Shown: one piece after another, positions 59,939 to 64,000 of the stretch
How positions within the stretch are numbered: the stretch's first letter is position 1
How the letters are laid out: every line of letters begins with the position of its first letter
Origin: Octopus vulgaris
Lineage: Eukaryota
Direction of reading: 5' to 3'
DNA length: 64,000 bases
NCBI GenBank assembly: GCA_951406725.2
Contig: OX597815.1
Location: forward strand, 60,822,001-60,886,000
Position numbers and translations under genes: made by a program
Notes under the pieces: model-generated
What the model was told of the DNA's origin: nothing
What the model saw: only the letters and a program-made list of their open reading frames with translations
The model's database searches: none

Positions 59939-60028
<90 letters not shown>

Positions 60029-60308
60029 TGTATGTATGTATGTATGTATGTATATGATATCTACCACGTAAACTAGGATGAAAAGAATTGGAGAGAGATA
60101 TAGTACATATGTCTTTTATGCAGGGGTTCCTTGAGACACGTAATTTATTTTAAGGGATACGCAAGGGTAAAAAGGTTGAGGAACACTGGGTCAGGTTAAT
60201 AGTGCTATCATATATTCTGCTATAACCGCCGTTACGAAGGATTTCTGCAGAAGTTGATCTACATTTTTTACAGTTGACAGATATTTGTCCTCATCTTATT
60301 TGTTGTTA

Positions 60309-60352
60309 ATACAACGTTTCAGCTGATATACCCTCCAGCCTTCATCAGGTGT
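60309..60352 (-). ncRNA. Minimal hammerhead ribozyme
   Basis: Minus strand: ACAC-CTGATGA-A-GGCTG..CAGCT-GAAA-CG-TT-GTAT. Confidence 0.7.
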
Positions 60353-60402
60353 CTTGGGGAAATTTTGAACCTGGGTTCTCATTCCTAAGGTATTTTTCGA
60401 TG

Positions 60403-60458
<56 letters not shown>

Positions 60459-60459
<1 letters not shown>

Positions 60460-60992
60460 TATGTTTGACTTTTGCTTTATGTCTGTACAAGTTGGCTCCA
60501 AGTCTCACTCAGAGACCTCAAGAGACAACAGGTTGGAAGTTCTGTGCCATATATTTGGAGTTTTTTTTTTTTTTTGGTGTTGTACTAGTGAATGTCTAAT
60601 ACATAAAAATAAAAAATAAATAAATAAAAAATAAAAAATATAAAAAATATAAAAAATAAATAAAAAAAAAGTTTGTTTTAAACCTTGGGATTACATAGAG
60701 AGTATTTTGCGTAGGATATGAGCAGTTCCCATGAGCACTATCTTTTGAATTTCTGCCATTTTGGGGTTTCCTGGTATCTGAGTTAGGTAGCAATCAGTCC
60801 CTTTCGCTATCATTCCCAGGGCACCTATGACAACAGGTATTGTTTCAGTCTTCAGCTTCCACATTTTGCTGATTTCTATTTCAAGATCTTTATATTTGCT
60901 CAGTTTTTGGTAGGTCTTGACAGATACGTTTATATCGATTGGGACAGTCATATCAATGAGGAGGCATGTTCTTTGTCTGAAGTCTTTCAATA

Positions 60993-60993
<1 letters not shown>
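60459..60993 (-). mobile_element. Dong/R4-clade LINE 3' fragment (restriction-like endonuclease) in (TAA)n
   Basis: LIDMTVP..KLSKYKDL..IPVVIGALG..IQKIVLMGTAHILRK* followed by a 3' UTR. (ATT)n on both sides, the known Dong target. Confidence 0.85.
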
Positions 60994-61043
<50 letters not shown>

Positions 61044-61050
61044 CATTATT

Positions 61051-61089
<39 letters not shown>

Positions 61090-61096
61090 GTCATCA

Positions 61097-61200
<104 letters not shown>

Positions 61201-62623
61201 TAGGTCACTTAATAGATTGTTATTGAGCTTGATCATGTCTTCGTGATGGGAATCATGATCGCGACTTATATTATTTGCTTGATGTTTTAGGCACTGAGCA
61301 ATCCCTCTCTTTACACTGTATGGATGGTGGGGGTTGAAGTTGAGGAATCGTCCAGTAAAGGTCCGCCTGCGGCATACGGATGTCCTGAATCCATACTTGG
61401 TGCGTGTTATTAATTCGTCCAGGAATGCTAGCTGATTGTCTTTTTTCTTTTTCCATTGTGAACTGTATGGATGGCTTTATTGAGTTCACATGATCTAACT
61501 GCACTTGGACATACTGAACTACCTACTTCAGTATGAACACTGATATATATCGACAAGAAGAGGGTTTAGCTATGGGTTCACCATTATCACCGATAATATC
61601 CAATATATACATGGAATACTTCGAGAATATGGCTTTAGGATCAACATCACTAAAACCAACCCTATGGCTGCGATATGCTGATGACACCTTCATACTCTGG
61701 TCCCACCAAGAAGATGTACATAATTCTTCATCTCTTAAATATAGAACTGTAGAGGTAGATCTGTTTGTTAAAAGGAGTAGCTTCATAAAATTAGTATATC
61801 TAGCATAGAGATATAATTAGGAGGCATGACTGGACGAAAACTTTTACGGAGGCGGAGAGTGAAGACAATGTGGAATTAATGCTAAGAAAAAACAATTCAT
61901 TGATTCGTGGAAGAAAACGTGGAGACACTACTAAAATTTGACACATAACGTGCATGCATGTGTGTGTGTGTGCGTCTGCGTGCTCGTGTGTGTGTGTGTG
62001 CGTGTATGTGTTTGTGTTTGCGAGCGTGCATGTGAGTGTGTGTGTATGTGTGTATGTGCGTGTGAGTGTGAGTGAGCATCCTACTCCGTAGGACTCACTT
62101 TAGTCTTGGATACATTTCATACCATGTACTTGAATAATATCGATGGTAAAGGCATCAATGCCCCAACTTCTATTTTCGTATTCCGCTGCCTCAAACTTCA
62201 AGTACAGCAAAACAGAATTGAAATGAAAGCGAGCTTTTTTATTGACATAGTCCGCACGAGGGCGATCAGGCACGAAAATTTCAAACAAAGAAAATGATGG
62301 AGCCTGTAGGCGGTGGCCAAATTACCAGCAAGAGTCACGAGCCTGACACGGTCGAAAGCTTTACTGAAGCCAACAGTAATGGCACTGCGTTCGGAAGAGC
62401 GGGAAATAAGTAGCGCATGATAATAGAGAGACAGTCACCGATAAGCTTGAAGTCTATGGAAATGGTTCTGCTTTTTAATCTAAACAGAAAGTGATCTGTG
62501 GTAATTGCAATAGATGTTGGTGTGTAAGTTTTTAGTATGTCTGACAGTTTGTCTATCTGCCTGATCCTACCTATATATATGTGTGTGTGTGTAATATATG
62601 TACACACATACAGGCACATACCT

Positions 62624-62658
<35 letters not shown>

Positions 62659-62778
62659 CACATACATATAATCATACATCGGCGAATGAATCCATGTAGC
62701 TAAATAAATACCTGCTTACACCCATATAGTAACATGTACAGGCACATACACACAAGAGACATTTACACACATATATAT

Positions 62779-62834
<56 letters not shown>

Positions 62835-62857
62835 ACAGGTAAATACACATAACACAC

Positions 62858-62894
<37 letters not shown>

Positions 62895-62951
62895 TATACA
62901 TATATATATATACATATATATATACATATATATATATACATATATATATGC

Positions 62952-62997
<46 letters not shown>

Positions 62998-63714
62998 CTT
63001 TATTTCTATATGTTTATAATGCACACAGTCACACATGGACACAAAAACGTGCATACATGTCTATGTATATACACACAATTTTATATACTCCCACAAACTA
63101 ATAATCATGAGATCGATATATATATCCATTAACATTATTGCCTTCATGTCGCTTATCCGGTTCCGGTGGCAGCTGATGTGACGTCATACTTTCTTTAGAA
63201 AGGATATACAAGAATGGCTTCCGGTTTCCGTCATGTGTACATAATGTTGGAGGTTATTAACTGCGGAAGTGGATGTTGTGATGTTGATGCTTTGGCCAAC
63301 TATATATTAGAAGTAAAATGGAATAAAATCAAGGAAATCCTGAATCGAGTCATACGACCTCAGTTGGTCTCTCACACACACACTAATACGCATACACACT
63401 GCGCACACACACACAGACGTACGCGTACACAAATATGAATCTGTGTATATATAAATGTGGGGGGATGTACACATACATTGCTTCCAATAGGAAAATCATG
63501 TTATGGACGTGCTGTGTCCAAAAACACAATATACATGGAAAGGATCCCATAGCAAGAATACTAGATGTAGTTCGGTCTCGTTGCACCAAGTCAATGGCGT
63601 GTTTTCACAGCCAGCCACATGCTTTGGACCAGTGAGTTGGACATCGTCTGACATTCTGGCTAGCCGTTGCTTTCAAGATTTGCGTCGCCTTCCCACATAT
63701 TCTTCTATTTTTTT

Positions 63715-64000
63715 ATTCTTTTACTTGTTTCAGTCATTTGACTGCAGCCATGCTGGGGTACCGCCTTGAAGGGTTTGAGTCAAACAAATTAACCCCAGGA
63801 CTTCTTTTGAAGCTTAGCACTTATTGCACCGGTCTCTTTTGCTGAACCGCTAAGTTACGGGGAAGTAAACACACCAACACCGGTTGTCAAGCGGTGATGG
63901 AGTAGAAACACACACACACAAATACGCGCGCGCGCACACACATATACACACACATACACACACACATATATACGACAGGCTTCTTTCAGTTTGCGTCTAC
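63715..64000 (-). mobile_element. SINE of the 2195-2561 family, cut by the window end
   Basis: TTTTACTTGTTTCAGTCATTTGACTGCAGCCATGCTGGGG..ACACCGGTTGTCAAGCGGTG..CTTTCAGTTT. Confidence 0.85.

Larger units (their letters stand above)
59451..59946. mobile_element. Fold-back hammerhead element: 175-bp arms centred on 59771, plus about 145 bp unpaired tail
   Basis: 59596-59770 pairs with 59772-59946 with about 3 mismatches by eye. (TA)n on both sides. Confidence 0.9.
58658..60188. mobile_element. hAT-type MITE split by nested insertions
   Basis: Left end CAGCGTTTCTC with GGGGTTCC motifs; right end GGGGTTCC..AAAAGGTTGAGGAACACTG. The 8-bp flanks match only partially. Confidence 0.55.

Overview
AT-rich animal genomic DNA, saturated with microsatellites and transposons. 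The SINE families and the (TA)n/(TATG)n/(CA)n density suggest an octopus or other cephalopod (inference, not verified). I found no convincing host protein-coding exon; most ORFs in the track are microsatellite artefacts. Recognisable elements are: at least 6 Penelope-like elements (PLEs; RT + GIY-YIG) and many PLE-type tails, three CR1/L2-type LINEs, Dong/R4 and RTE fragments, a Gypsy remnant with a tRNA-Ser primer-binding site, one near-intact and two decayed mariners, a Chapaev3-like transposase relic, small Helitrons, hAT MITEs and tRNA-derived SINEs. The most striking signal is non-coding: about 17 type-I hammerhead ribozyme (HHR) motifs, intact or decayed, most with a palindromic helix III, including non-canonical cores (U3-A8, U4C, A6U). 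One HHR family forms near-perfect 175-250 bp fold-back palindromes (37.5-38.0 kb, 59.6-59.9 kb) inside (TA)n, with a ribozyme on each strand and covarying stems between copies.
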